This document shows, one piece after another, positions 50,835-60,188 of a stretch of 64,000 nucleotides of DNA. This DNA comes from Candidatus Bathyarchaeota archaeon (GTDB taxonomy: Archaea; Thermoproteota; Bathyarchaeia; Bathyarchaeales; Bathycorpusculaceae). The stretch is taken from positions 672,001 through 736,000 of the forward strand of contig OY970280.1 in the NCBI GenBank assembly GCA_963715865.1, given 5' to 3'. Both the position numbers and the translations under genes were made by a program. Each line of letters starts with the position of its first letter. Within the stretch, counting starts at the first letter, position 1. The notes under the pieces were generated by a model. That model was not told the DNA's origin, ran no database searches, and saw nothing but the letters and a program-made list of their open reading frames with translations.

Positions 50835-51910
50835 GCGTAGATTTCCCCTTTGCCGAATGGCCCGAAAAGCAGTTTGTGCATGTCTGGTCTGTTGATTAGT
50901 TGTATGCCGTGTTTGCGAGTGATGAAGTGTTTCATGGCTAATACTTCGTTAGCGGTGAAGGTGCAAAGAATATGCGATAATCGTAAGGTTTCTGGGTAGC
51001 TTTGCGTGTACAAGTCGTTGCCGATCAGTTTTTGTATGGCTTCCATTCTCTGCGGAATGGGTATTTCTTTGTCAATGTCTAAGCGGAATGCGAAGTTTGC
51101 CTTATTTAATCGTGCCACGTAAACGTCGCCTAGCAGTATTATTGGCGGTTTGAAGTGTATGCCTGTGGTTTCAAGCAGGTATGGCGGTTCATGGTTTGGA
51201 AGTTGCTCTGTTATTAGGATGCCGTTGGCTCTCAGCGTGGTGGCTTTTGAGAACGCTAAGACAGTGCTGTTGTTTCTTCTTGCGTAGCTGAGGATTTCCC
51301 TCATGCGTTGGGCTGGTGTATCGATGGTGCCTGAGATTAAAGAGCCATCAAAGAGGAGTACTCCGTGGTTTACTGTTTTTGCTAGCATGGTTTGCAGCCA
51401 TCGTTCGAGGAGACTTGCGAGTCTTGTGGGCATTTGCATGATGTTAGGTGCTGCTTGGTGACTGCCGCCATAACTGGTGCAAAAATAAGCCCGCTCAAGT
51501 GCATTGTAGACTTGGTTTTTGTTTTCTTCTGTAATGTGGAATATGAATGGCCCGAGGCGCGTGTACTTGTAGGTGCGGTTTTGGCGCCATGTGATTGCTC
51601 CTCGAATGGCAATTATCATGCCGGTGCTTGTTTCGCCGATTTTTATGGTTGAGGTGTCGATGGCGGCGATTAATGTTTCTTGGTGGTCTGGTTTTATGAG
51701 GATTGGTTGTGGTTTTAGTTGCAGGTTGGATGGGTATTGTTCGGTTGTGTTTAGTTGTTGAAAGTTTTGCGTGTTTAGCTGGAGGGGTTGGTGTTGCACT
51801 TGTTTGAGGGAGTATAGGCTTTGTTCTAGAAAGCGCTGTGGGAGTGTTGTGTCGATGGTTGGTTGTGGAAAGTTATATTTCTCAGTAATTGTATATTGTT
51901 CAATCACCAT
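50831..51910 (-). CDS. nurA: NurA-like nuclease
   Basis: IAAIDTS, LLFDGSL, AFSK, YPETLRLSH; 4-nt overlap with the ATPase gene. Confidence 0.8.
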   Translation of the reverse strand: MVIEQYTITEKYNFPQPTIDTTLPQRFLEQSLYSLKQVQHQPLQLNTQNFQQLNTTEQYPSNLQLKPQPILIKPDHQETLIAAIDTSTIKIGETSTGMIIAIRGAITWRQNRTYKYTRLGPFIFHITEENKNQVYNALERAYFCTSYGGSHQAAPNIMQMPTRLASLLERWLQTMLAKTVNHGVLLFDGSLISGTIDTPAQRMREILSYARRNNSTVLAFSKATTLRANGILITEQLPNHEPPYLLETTGIHFKPPIILLGDVYVARLNKANFAFRLDIDKEIPIPQRMEAIQKLIGNDLYTQSYPETLRLSHILCTFTANEVLAMKHFITRKHGIQLINRPDMHKLLFGPFGKGEIYA

Positions 51911-52000
51911 GATTCACCAATATGCAATAGTGTTATTGGTGAAATATTTAAATATTGTGCATGTACATCTTGCACAATACAATATACAATAGGTGAAGAC

Positions 52001-52408
52001 TTGACAGAAAAACAGCAAAAACCACCAATACGCGTAAAAATGAAAATCGGCGACATAGAATTCGAAATAGAAGCCCAAGAAGACCAAATCCAAACCGCCG
52101 TAGACAGAATACTTGCAACAGTAACCGAACGCCTAAAAACCACAAACCTCGCCCAAGTAGCCGAACGCCCAGCTCCACCGCCCAGAGCAGAAACATGCAA
52201 AGGCGTAATCCAAAAACTCTGGGAAGAAAACTGGTTCAGCGAGCCAAGAGGCTTAGACGACGTCCACACTGAACTCGCACGCAAAGGATTCCACTACGAC
52301 CGCACAGCAGTCGCCCATGCACTAGTGGATTTAGTTAAAGATAACATACTTACACGAATAGGAAAACCACGCAGATACCAATACGCACAAAAAAGACCGC
52401 CGACATAA
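52001..52408 (+). CDS. Hypothetical protein with C-terminal winged helix
   Basis: TTG after AGGTGA; WFSEPRGLDDVHTELARKGFHY...VAHALVDLV...RYQY. Confidence 0.7.
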   Translation: MTEKQQKPPIRVKMKIGDIEFEIEAQEDQIQTAVDRILATVTERLKTTNLAQVAERPAPPPRAETCKGVIQKLWEENWFSEPRGLDDVHTELARKGFHYDRTAVAHALVDLVKDNILTRIGKPRRYQYAQKRPPT

Positions 52409-52420
52409 CAAGTAAAAAAA

Positions 52421-52655
52421 TCTCCAAGCAGTTGCCGCATACAAATATACTAAGCCACCCTTCAAAGTTATTTCAGTGATTTTGGGAGCGGCAACACTCA
52501 CTGCAACGGTACTCTTTGTCACAACACGGGATTATGGTTACTTGGGGCTTGGCGTCGGCGGCATGGAAAGAATGATGGCTTACCCCACGCTTCTATGGAT
52601 AATCGGCTTAGGCGGATACCTACTAGGCGCTTCCAGCGAGAAAATGAGCCATTAG
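52421..52655 (+). pseudogene. DUF998-like membrane protein C-terminal fragment
   Basis: AVAAYKYTKPPFKVISVILG...LGLGVGGMERMMAYP.LLW.IG.GGYL; in-frame stop and no start upstream. Confidence 0.6.
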
Positions 52656-52703
52656 TAGCTGCTTTTTAGCAAAAATTTTGGAAAAGAGCGGGTTTGTTTG
52701 AAT

Positions 52704-52976
52704 TTATAGCAGCCCGACTTCGCCGAAGCCATCGCATTCTTGACATACCTTACCCATAAAAGCAAACCGGTAATCCTTGCCTCTGCCTGAGCAAGAAGGG
52801 CATTTTTCCGTTGGACCATCTGGAAATGAGCGCCAACCTGTTCCATCACATTTTTCGCATCTTACTCCCATCGGAGAATCAGTTTTATCTATGCCTGCCC
52901 CGTTACAAATTTTGCATCTGACTTGCCTGTACCTAAACTGAATATTTTCAAGAGAGGTATCCATTGTTGCTCTCAA
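52704..52976 (-). CDS. Stand-alone DnaJ-type cysteine-rich zinc finger protein
   Basis: Four CxxCxGxG repeats: CKICNGAG, CEKCDGTG, CPSCSGRG, CQECDGFG. Confidence 0.75.
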   Translation of the reverse strand: MRATMDTSLENIQFRYRQVRCKICNGAGIDKTDSPMGVRCEKCDGTGWRSFPDGPTEKCPSCSGRGKDYRFAFMGKVCQECDGFGEVGLL

Positions 52977-53069
52977 TTGGATTCACCAGAAATAGTAAAT
53001 CACAAGATTCACTATTAAACTTTTATTAACCCTTAATTTTAATCCCCACTCAAAAGTAACAATAGCATT

Positions 53070-53489
53070 TCACAGCTCTTGCTTTATTTTCTTTGCCATC
53101 ACTTCAAGTTTCCCTCTCTCAACCTCTCTAAGCGCACTAAAACTTGGCAGTTTCTGCCCTTCGAATCTTGGAACCACATGCACATGCAAGTGAAATATGT
53201 CTTGAGCAGCAGCTTTGCCGTTTTGCTGAATAATACTGATGCCATCAGCTTTAGTGGCTTTTTTAACTGCCACGGAAACTTGTTTGGCAACCTTGTGAAC
53301 TTGGCTGAGCTGGTTTTCTGGAATGTCGAAGATGTCAACGTAATGCTTTTTTGGTATAACAAGCGTGTGTCCAATGTTTAATGGTCGTATATCAAGGAAA
53401 ACTATTACTGTTTCATCTTCGTAAATGATGCTGGCAGGTGCTTGTTTTTTCACTATTTTGCAGAATATGCACGACTCATCAAAGCTCAA
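53070..53489 (-). CDS. HIT family hydrolase
   Basis: CIFC, FLDIRP, GHTLVIPKKH, FHLHVHVVP. Confidence 0.95.
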   Translation of the reverse strand: MSFDESCIFCKIVKKQAPASIIYEDETVIVFLDIRPLNIGHTLVIPKKHYVDIFDIPENQLSQVHKVAKQVSVAVKKATKADGISIIQQNGKAAAQDIFHLHVHVVPRFEGQKLPSFSALREVERGKLEVMAKKIKQEL

Positions 53490-53584
53490 ACCAAGTCACC
53501 ACTAAATTACTACGTACATTAGGCTTTAATCAATCAGTTTATATGAAAGGGTAAACTTTTTAATAAAATGATATACTGCCGTCA

Positions 53585-53725
53585 TTATTTCCGTTTCCTA
53601 AAGAGTTTTTTGCCATCCATGTCAGTGACGCACTCAAAGCCAACTTCAAGCAGTTTACATGCTTCATCTATTTCTGAAGTAAGTTTGACAGTATATTGGT
53701 CGTTCAATGTCAGTTTACGCAAGTT
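53585..53725 (-). mobile_element. Second tyrosine integrase C-terminal remnant
   Basis: DQYTVKLTSEIDEACKLLEVGFECVTDMDGKKLFRKRK stop, homologous to 21915-22088. Confidence 0.65.
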
Positions 53726-53768
53726 ATTTAAGCGCACCACAGAATAAACGTTATGACAGGAATGTGAC

Positions 53769-53876
53769 ATGGTTCAGAGCAAGCCTACTGCAGCAAGCAG
53801 AATATGTCCTCAATGTGGCAGATTTTTGAGCGAGGGAATCAAATTCTGCCCATACTGTGGCAAGAAGTTAGGTTGA
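53769..53876 (+). CDS. 35-aa zinc-ribbon peptide or remnant
   Basis: MVQSKPTAASRICPQCGRFLSEGIKFCPYCGKKLG. Confidence 0.5.
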   Translation: MVQSKPTAASRICPQCGRFLSEGIKFCPYCGKKLG

Positions 53877-53895
53877 GAATGATGCGGCACGCAAT

Positions 53896-54261
53896 ATGAG
53901 TTCAGCAAAGAGTAGCGCACTAACATTGCTAATGGTAGGAAGCATTCTTCTGTTCATTTGGTCAGTCTGGCAGATATTTGAAACGGTTTTCATCTATAAC
54001 AGTTACTACTACGACAATTACTCAATCATCTCCGTGGGCTTGGAATTTGTCGCGTCACTTTTGCTTATGATAGGCTTCATTCAATATAGAGGAGAACAAT
54101 CGAAACCTGCTCAGGTAGGCTATGGTGCAGCTTCGATGCCAAGTCCACAAATTCAAGGCGTTCCAGAAAGATTCTGTCCAAAATGCGGAAGGCAGATTCC
54201 AGCAAACGCCCAATTCTGTCCGTTTTGCGGATGGCAAGCAGAAGGGCAAAAGAGAAAATAG
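53896..54261 (+). CDS. Membrane protein with C-terminal zinc ribbon
   Basis: Two TM segments then FCPKCG...FCPFCG. Confidence 0.8.
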   Translation: MSSAKSSALTLLMVGSILLFIWSVWQIFETVFIYNSYYYDNYSIISVGLEFVASLLLMIGFIQYRGEQSKPAQVGYGAASMPSPQIQGVPERFCPKCGRQIPANAQFCPFCGWQAEGQKRK

Positions 54262-54504
54262 ACCACAAAGCGTGAACTCTTTTCTGTCTTCTGTGTAACA
54301 ATGTGAGCATGTAATAGCCTTGTTCATTAAGCTATTAAATTTCTTAGGGTTTCGCTTCTTGAAGTTTTCAAAACGATAACGCATAAACGCTTTCCAACCT
54401 TTCTTACTGTTAGTGCTAGCGTCAACCAATAGCCTTGGCAGTTTACGCTTAATCATGTCAGCATCCACCAAAACAGAAAACCCCTTGATGTACGTAGTAG
54501 ACAA
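54055..54504 (-). CDS. Small hypothetical protein, paralog of 37439-37672 (3' extent doubtful)
   Basis: N-terminal part aligns to 37439-37672; 3' part is antisense to the zinc-ribbon gene. Confidence 0.5.
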   Translation of the reverse strand: MSTTYIKGFSVLVDADMIKRKLPRLLVDASTNSKKGWKAFMRYRFENFKKRNPKKFNSLMNKAITCSHCYTEDRKEFTLCGLFSLLPFCLPSAKRTELGVCWNLPSAFWTESFWNALNLWTWHRSCTIAYLSRFRLFSSILNEAYHKQK

Positions 54505-54607
54505 AAAGGAAAAGAAGGAAAATTAATGCGGGAGAAATCGCCATTTGCAGATAGTTTATATGTTATGCCACTTCATATTTCTTTCACCAAAACCAGAGGT
54601 TAAAAAA

Positions 54608-54895
54608 ATGACCGAGTTAGAAGATAAAGTACGCCAAGAAGTAGGCAAAGTGCAAGACCCAGAAACAGGCCAAACATTCGAAGAAATGCAAATGATCCAA
54701 AGCGTAAAAGAAACAGAGCCAGGCGCAGTCACCGTGGAATTTATACCGACAAGCCCATTTTGCCCTATAGCGTTCAAACTTGCAGCAGACATTAAAGCCG
54801 CAGCAAAATCTGTTCCAGGCGTCAAAAAAGCAGTGGTTTTCTGCCGCGGACACGCGATGGAGCAGCAAATCAACGAGATGACAAATAAGCAATAA
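54608..54895 (+). CDS. DUF59 Fe-S cluster assembly protein
   Basis: VQDPETG, PTSPFCP; ATG after GAGGT. Confidence 0.88.
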   Translation: MTELEDKVRQEVGKVQDPETGQTFEEMQMIQSVKETEPGAVTVEFIPTSPFCPIAFKLAADIKAAAKSVPGVKKAVVFCRGHAMEQQINEMTNKQ

Positions 54896-54959
54896 GGCTA
54901 ATTTTTCTTTGTTTCTTTTTCCAATTTTTGGGTTTAAATAAAAAAGAAAAAGGATTATA

Positions 54960-55274
54960 TTATCTTATGTAAGCGCAGTTTCTATGGCGTGATTCTTCGC
55001 TGTCCATAGAACCATTGTAATCTCTAAAGCCTGTGTGAACCTTAGCCCTAATTTCAAAGCGTAGCCTAGAAACACTTTTCGCATAACGTTTTATCATTAT
55101 AACAATCTTGTAGAAGTTCATTTGCCTAGCAATCGCCACAAACGCAAGCATGCTAACAGAAGCCAGCAACACGACGAGTGGATTAATTAAGAGTGCCAGT
55201 AAGCCTACAATTGCAAGCAGAGCAAGGTAAATGATGCTTCGTATTTTTCGCATATTTGTCACCAAAAACTCCAT
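54960..55274 (-). CDS. Small membrane hypothetical protein
   Basis: Two hydrophobic segments in a 104-aa ORF. Confidence 0.5.
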   Translation of the reverse strand: MEFLVTNMRKIRSIIYLALLAIVGLLALLINPLVVLLASVSMLAFVAIARQMNFYKIVIMIKRYAKSVSRLRFEIRAKVHTGFRDYNGSMDSEESRHRNCAYIR

Positions 55275-55414
55275 TATCGGAAGTTGCTTAAAGATTTTTT
55301 TATGACTTAAAAATTTGGTCTAAAAGTAATCCGACTAATTGTTAATACAGGAATTGAAAAATGGGGTTTATTCTAAGCTTTTGTAAAAGAATTAAGCGTT
55401 TTAGCAGCCAATTT

Positions 55415-56182
55415 CTACTTCATTCGAGTGAACGCCCAAGTGCCAATTATAATCATAATCAAATCAAACAAGCCAACAATTCCAAGGTCCATCCATAAAG
55501 GTTGAATCTGAAAAGATGCCCATGCTCCACCCAAAATAACGTTCCTTAACGCGTCAACAGCGTAAGTTAATGGGTTTAATCTTGAGGCGATTTGCAGCCA
55601 GTTTGGAATACTTGCTCCTCTAAGGGGGAAAAGAGCACCGCTGAGGAAGAACAAAGGAAGGTTAATGAAGCTCTGTATTGTGCCGAAGCCTTCTAAACTT
55701 CCCATGAAACTGGCTAGCGTTAAGCCTATGCTGACCAAGCCAAAGGTGACGAGCAGCATGATGGGCAAGAGTTCGAGGAACGTAAATATGTTAAGCTTTA
55801 TTCCTAACAGTAGACCAAGAACGAAAACGATTATCCCTTGAATTACGGCATCGGTGCTGTCACCTATCATCTTACCTAAGAAGACCGATGTGCGCGAAAT
55901 GGGTGCAACCAGTATTTCTTTCATAAAGCCAAATTCTCTGTCCCAGAGTACGGAGATTCCCATGAACATGGAAGTGAAAAGCAGGGTTTGCCCTATTATG
56001 CCTGGAAAAATGTACTGTTGATAATTCAGTCCTGGATATGGAAGAGACAAACGGACGCCCGTCCCGAATATAACTAGCCAAAGTAAGGGCGTGACGAAAC
56101 TGCTGACTATTCTGACTCGGTCTCTCAGGTAACGTTTGACTTCTCGAAGCCAAAGAGTGTAGAAGCCCCTAAGTTCAGTCAT
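55415..56182 (-). CDS. DrrB-like ABC-2 permease
   Basis: LWLREVKRY, LWDREFGFMKEILVAP, PLFFLSGALFP. Confidence 0.92.
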   Translation of the reverse strand: MTELRGFYTLWLREVKRYLRDRVRIVSSFVTPLLWLVIFGTGVRLSLPYPGLNYQQYIFPGIIGQTLLFTSMFMGISVLWDREFGFMKEILVAPISRTSVFLGKMIGDSTDAVIQGIIVFVLGLLLGIKLNIFTFLELLPIMLLVTFGLVSIGLTLASFMGSLEGFGTIQSFINLPLFFLSGALFPLRGASIPNWLQIASRLNPLTYAVDALRNVILGGAWASFQIQPLWMDLGIVGLFDLIMIIIGTWAFTRMK

Positions 56183-57171
56183 CTCGCAGCCGCTCTCCTC
56201 CGTGCCTCGGCTAAGCCATGAAGTTCCTTGGTTGTGTCTGGGCGTATGGTTCTGCCTGTGTAGTGCAAGAATACGTCCTCAAGGTTTGGCTCGCGTAAAC
56301 GGATGGATTCAACGTATATTTTGTTTTGAGTCGCCATGTCCACTATCCTCGGTAGCAGGCTTTTTCCGTTTTGCACCGTGATTTCTAACGCATCATCGAC
56401 CATGTGAGCTTTCTGAAGTCCCATTTTCTCAGTTATGACCGAGAGAAGAGCTTCAAGATTGTCTGCTTTAACTGTTATCACGTCGCCTTCGAGGGTTTCT
56501 TTCAATTTAGAAGAAGTGTCAAGAGCAATGATTTTTCCGTAATCCATTATGGCGATGCGGTCAGAAAGCCTATCTGCTTCATCCATATAATGCGTAGTTA
56601 AGACCACAGTTATGTCGTGGGCTTCTTTCAATTCTCGGATGTATTTCCAAACGTGATCTCTAGTTTGTGGGTCAAGCCCTATCGTAGGTTCGTCCAAAAA
56701 AAGAACCTTGGGATAATGAATAAGCCCTCGGGCAAGTTCCAATCTGCGCCTCATCCCGCCGGAATAAGTTCGCGTAAGATCGTCAGCCCTTTCTTCTAGC
56801 TCAACCAATTTCAGAACGTTATTGATTCGGTTGTTCTGTTCGCTTGTTGGAACTCCGTAGAGGTTGGCGTGCATGAGGAGATTTTCTCGCCCAGTCATTC
56901 TGTCGTCAACGCTTGGGTCTTGAAAAACAATGCCGATTGATTTTCGCACCTGCATAGCTTCCTTAACAATGTCAAAGCCGTTTACTGTTGCGGTTCCAGA
57001 TGTTGGCTTAAGTATTGTGCAAAGCATCGATATAGTGGTAGTTTTGCCTGCACCGTTAGGTCCGAGCAAACCGAAGATTTCGCCAGACTCCACTGTTATG
57101 TCTAGTTTATCGACTGCCTTAAGTGAATTGAAGGCTTTTGTTAACTGGTGAGTCTCGATGATATGGGTCAT
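56179..57171 (-). CDS. DrrA-like ABC ATPase
   Basis: GPNGAGKTT, YSGGMRRR, FLDEPTIGLD. Confidence 0.93.
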   Translation of the reverse strand: MTHIIETHQLTKAFNSLKAVDKLDITVESGEIFGLLGPNGAGKTTTISMLCTILKPTSGTATVNGFDIVKEAMQVRKSIGIVFQDPSVDDRMTGRENLLMHANLYGVPTSEQNNRINNVLKLVELEERADDLTRTYSGGMRRRLELARGLIHYPKVLFLDEPTIGLDPQTRDHVWKYIRELKEAHDITVVLTTHYMDEADRLSDRIAIMDYGKIIALDTSSKLKETLEGDVITVKADNLEALLSVITEKMGLQKAHMVDDALEITVQNGKSLLPRIVDMATQNKIYVESIRLREPNLEDVFLHYTGRTIRPDTTKELHGLAEARRRAAAR

Positions 57172-57284
57172 TATTTCGATTTCTCTTCCAGCAATTGAAA
57201 CGTAAGGTAGATTTAAGGCTATTTACGCTATTTAACCATAAAACGAACAATTAATTAGTTAATGCTTCACTGAAGACTTAGCGT

Positions 57285-58748
57285 ATGACTGAAATTAAAC
57301 CACAAAGAAAACTCTCACTCTTCGACGTAACAAATCTGGTCATAGGAGCAATAATAGGCGCTGACATTTACGTGGCTTCCTCGTTTGGCGCAGGATATTT
57401 AGGTCCGTTTTCGCTGGTTGTTTGGGTAATAGCGGGATTAATCGCAATCGTAATTGCTCTATGTTTTGCTCAATGTGTAATGTTACTGCCGAAAGTTGGT
57501 GGACCATATGCTTATGCAAAAGGTGCTTGGGGACCATTTGCAGGTTTTATCGTCGGCTGGTCATTGTGGCTGGCGGAATGGATTTCGTTGGCGGTTTTTC
57601 CGCTTGCGTTTACTAGGTATCTTATGTTTTTCTTTCCTAATCTTGACTTCTTAACTCAAAGTTTAATCAAAGTTTTGTTTGTAGCTTTTCTTGCAGTAAC
57701 AAACATAGTTGGCGTTAGAGCAGCAGGTAAAGTTAATGATGTATTAACCTTGTTGAAGCTTGCACCATTGGTTTTCTTTGTTATAGCAGGCTTAGGATGG
57801 ATTATTTTTAATCCAAGTCAAGCCTCAGCCAATTTTTCACCGTTTGCTCCGTTCGGATTCGCCAGTTTCGGGTCAGCGGTTGTCTTGATTTTTTGGGCTT
57901 ACGCTGGCTTTGAAATCTCAACCATTCCGGCAGATGAAATTGATGAGCCAAGCAAAACGATTCCTAAGGCAGTTATCTTTGGCATTTTAATTGTAACAGT
58001 TTTCTATTTAACAACTAATGTTGTGCTTTTTGGTGTTCGTAACTGGAGTCAATTGGCCACTGACACAGCGCCTCTAGCAACAGCCTCAAACGGTATTTTA
58101 ACTTCAAATGCGGTTTTGGCGTTGTTGGGTGGGGCTTTGGTTGGTGTTGGAGCTTTGATTTCTGTTGCTGGTTCAGATGAATCAGGAATGATTGGCACGT
58201 CAAGGCTTGGCTACGCACTGGCTGCTGATGGCTTGTTTCCAAGGGTTTTCGCCCGAATCCACAAGAAATTCAAAACTCCATACGCATCTATCATCATTCA
58301 AAGTGTAACGGCGCTTGCAGCCTCTATTGTTGGAGGGTTAAGTTTGCTTATTTCGGTTTCAGTGTTTTTTATGGCAATTGCATATTTAGCGACAAGCGCT
58401 TCAGTGTTTCCTTTGCGCAAAAAGAATCCGGTTCCAGACGTCGTTTATGGTAAAAGGAATATGGTAATTCCGGTTCTGGGCATAGCTTTCTCAGCGTATT
58501 TGATTACTCAGTGCACTTTAACTCAGATTATCATTGGCGTACTGCTGCTTTTGGTTGGGATTCCAATTTACATAAAGTATTCGCCAAAGAAGGAATTAAC
58601 CGAAGCGAAAGAGGCTTTAATATCCAGCGAGAACATTTTCCGCAGGGTGTATAGGCAAGAACACGTTTTCTTAGCGCATGTTTTACATCATTTGAGGAAA
58701 TTGTATAGACGATTGACAGGGAAATCTACGGAAACAGAGGTTCCATAA
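57285..58748 (+). CDS. APC family amino acid permease
   Basis: IIGADIY, GGPYAYA, FWAYAGFE, about 12 TM segments. Confidence 0.92.
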   Translation: MTEIKPQRKLSLFDVTNLVIGAIIGADIYVASSFGAGYLGPFSLVVWVIAGLIAIVIALCFAQCVMLLPKVGGPYAYAKGAWGPFAGFIVGWSLWLAEWISLAVFPLAFTRYLMFFFPNLDFLTQSLIKVLFVAFLAVTNIVGVRAAGKVNDVLTLLKLAPLVFFVIAGLGWIIFNPSQASANFSPFAPFGFASFGSAVVLIFWAYAGFEISTIPADEIDEPSKTIPKAVIFGILIVTVFYLTTNVVLFGVRNWSQLATDTAPLATASNGILTSNAVLALLGGALVGVGALISVAGSDESGMIGTSRLGYALAADGLFPRVFARIHKKFKTPYASIIIQSVTALAASIVGGLSLLISVSVFFMAIAYLATSASVFPLRKKNPVPDVVYGKRNMVIPVLGIAFSAYLITQCTLTQIIIGVLLLLVGIPIYIKYSPKKELTEAKEALISSENIFRRVYRQEHVFLAHVLHHLRKLYRRLTGKSTETEVP

Positions 58749-58790
58749 CATTAAATTTCTTCTTTAACACTAGCATTACATGGTGATTTT

Positions 58791-59228
58791 ATGCCGGAAA
58801 TGAATTTTGAAGGAACTGCAATTTGGAAAGGCGGAACAGAATGCGAACTCTCAGTTAAAGGTAAGCAAATCGTTACTGTTAGTCCACCGCCAATGTTTGG
58901 AGGAAAAGAAGGCTACTGCGTACCTGAAGACATTTTCGCCGCTGCGTTAGCCTCATGCATCAACACGCTATATCTTTTAATCGCTAAAAACAGCCAGTTA
59001 GGACTTAAAAATTTGGAGACAAAAGCAATTGTCAAAATGAATATCGAAGGCATGGAGAAACTAATTTTCACAAACGTACATTTCAACATGAACGTTGGCT
59101 TACAATCCGATAATGAGCGTGAACGTAAAAAAGCTAATACTGTTTATCAGATGGCGCAGAAGATTTGTCCAATACGGCAATCTTGGGGCGAAGATGTTCC
59201 TATAAGCTTTGAACTTAACTTTAAGTAA
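58791..59228 (+). CDS. OsmC family protein
   Basis: PPPMFGG, PEDIFAAALASC, CPI. Confidence 0.88.
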   Translation: MPEMNFEGTAIWKGGTECELSVKGKQIVTVSPPPMFGGKEGYCVPEDIFAAALASCINTLYLLIAKNSQLGLKNLETKAIVKMNIEGMEKLIFTNVHFNMNVGLQSDNERERKKANTVYQMAQKICPIRQSWGEDVPISFELNFK

Positions 59229-59414
59229 AAGTCTTTGGAATCTAATTCATAAAAAACATATTTTTTCAGGTTCCGTTTTTTTTCTTTTTATTTTATGAAG
59301 ATGTTTGGATTATTATTTGTATAAGTAAACTACAGCTAAAAGATAGTGGGAAATACTCATTAGCCTTAAATACCGATGCCTTTCTCTATTTGCAACTCGG
59401 TGGTCTCGTTTAGC

Positions 59415-60188
59415 ATGTACACTCAATTCGCGGTTGAACTTAAAGACGTAACAAAACGCTACAATGAAATAGTAGCAGTAAACAACCTTAATTTAACAAT
59501 AAGTACAGGTGAAATCTTCGGTCTTCTAGGACCCAACGGTTCAGGAAAATCAACCACCCTCAAAATGCTACTGGGTTTAGTCCAACCTACCGCTGGATCA
59601 GTCAACGTTTTAGGATTAGACGTTCAAAAGCAGCCTGTGGAAGTTAAGCGGCTAGTTGGTTACGTTCCAGAATCCCCGAACATTTACGAGTTTTTAACTG
59701 GAATCGAATACCTAGACTTCATAGCCGACATTTATGGTGTGCCAACGGCTGAGAAAAAGCAGCGGATAACCGAGTACCTCAAAGCCCTCCAGCTTGAAGG
59801 ACGCGAAGGCGACATGATAAACAGTTACTCGGATGGCATGAAAAAGAAAATAACTTTAATTTCAGCCTTTCTGCACAAACCAAAGCTCTTGATTCTCGAC
59901 GAGCCACTCAACGCTTTAGACCCGCGTTCGGCAAGGATAGTTAAAGAGTTTCTTTACGAGCTTAAAACGCAAGGCGTAACCACCATAATGTCAACGCATG
60001 TTCTTGAAATTGCGCAGGCATTATGCGACCGAATAGGCATCATGTACCAAGGACAATTATTAGCACTTGGCAACATGGATGAGTTAAGACAAAAAGCCAG
60101 CTTACCAAAGTCAGGATTAGAGGATATCTTCTTGAGGTTAACTGGAACTGAAGATTTGAGAGCTGTTGTTGAGGAACTCATGAAATGA
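59415..60188 (+). CDS. ABC transporter ATPase
   Basis: GPNGSGKST, YSDGMKKK, ILDEPLNALD. Confidence 0.92.
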   Translation: MYTQFAVELKDVTKRYNEIVAVNNLNLTISTGEIFGLLGPNGSGKSTTLKMLLGLVQPTAGSVNVLGLDVQKQPVEVKRLVGYVPESPNIYEFLTGIEYLDFIADIYGVPTAEKKQRITEYLKALQLEGREGDMINSYSDGMKKKITLISAFLHKPKLLILDEPLNALDPRSARIVKEFLYELKTQGVTTIMSTHVLEIAQALCDRIGIMYQGQLLALGNMDELRQKASLPKSGLEDIFLRLTGTEDLRAVVEELMK

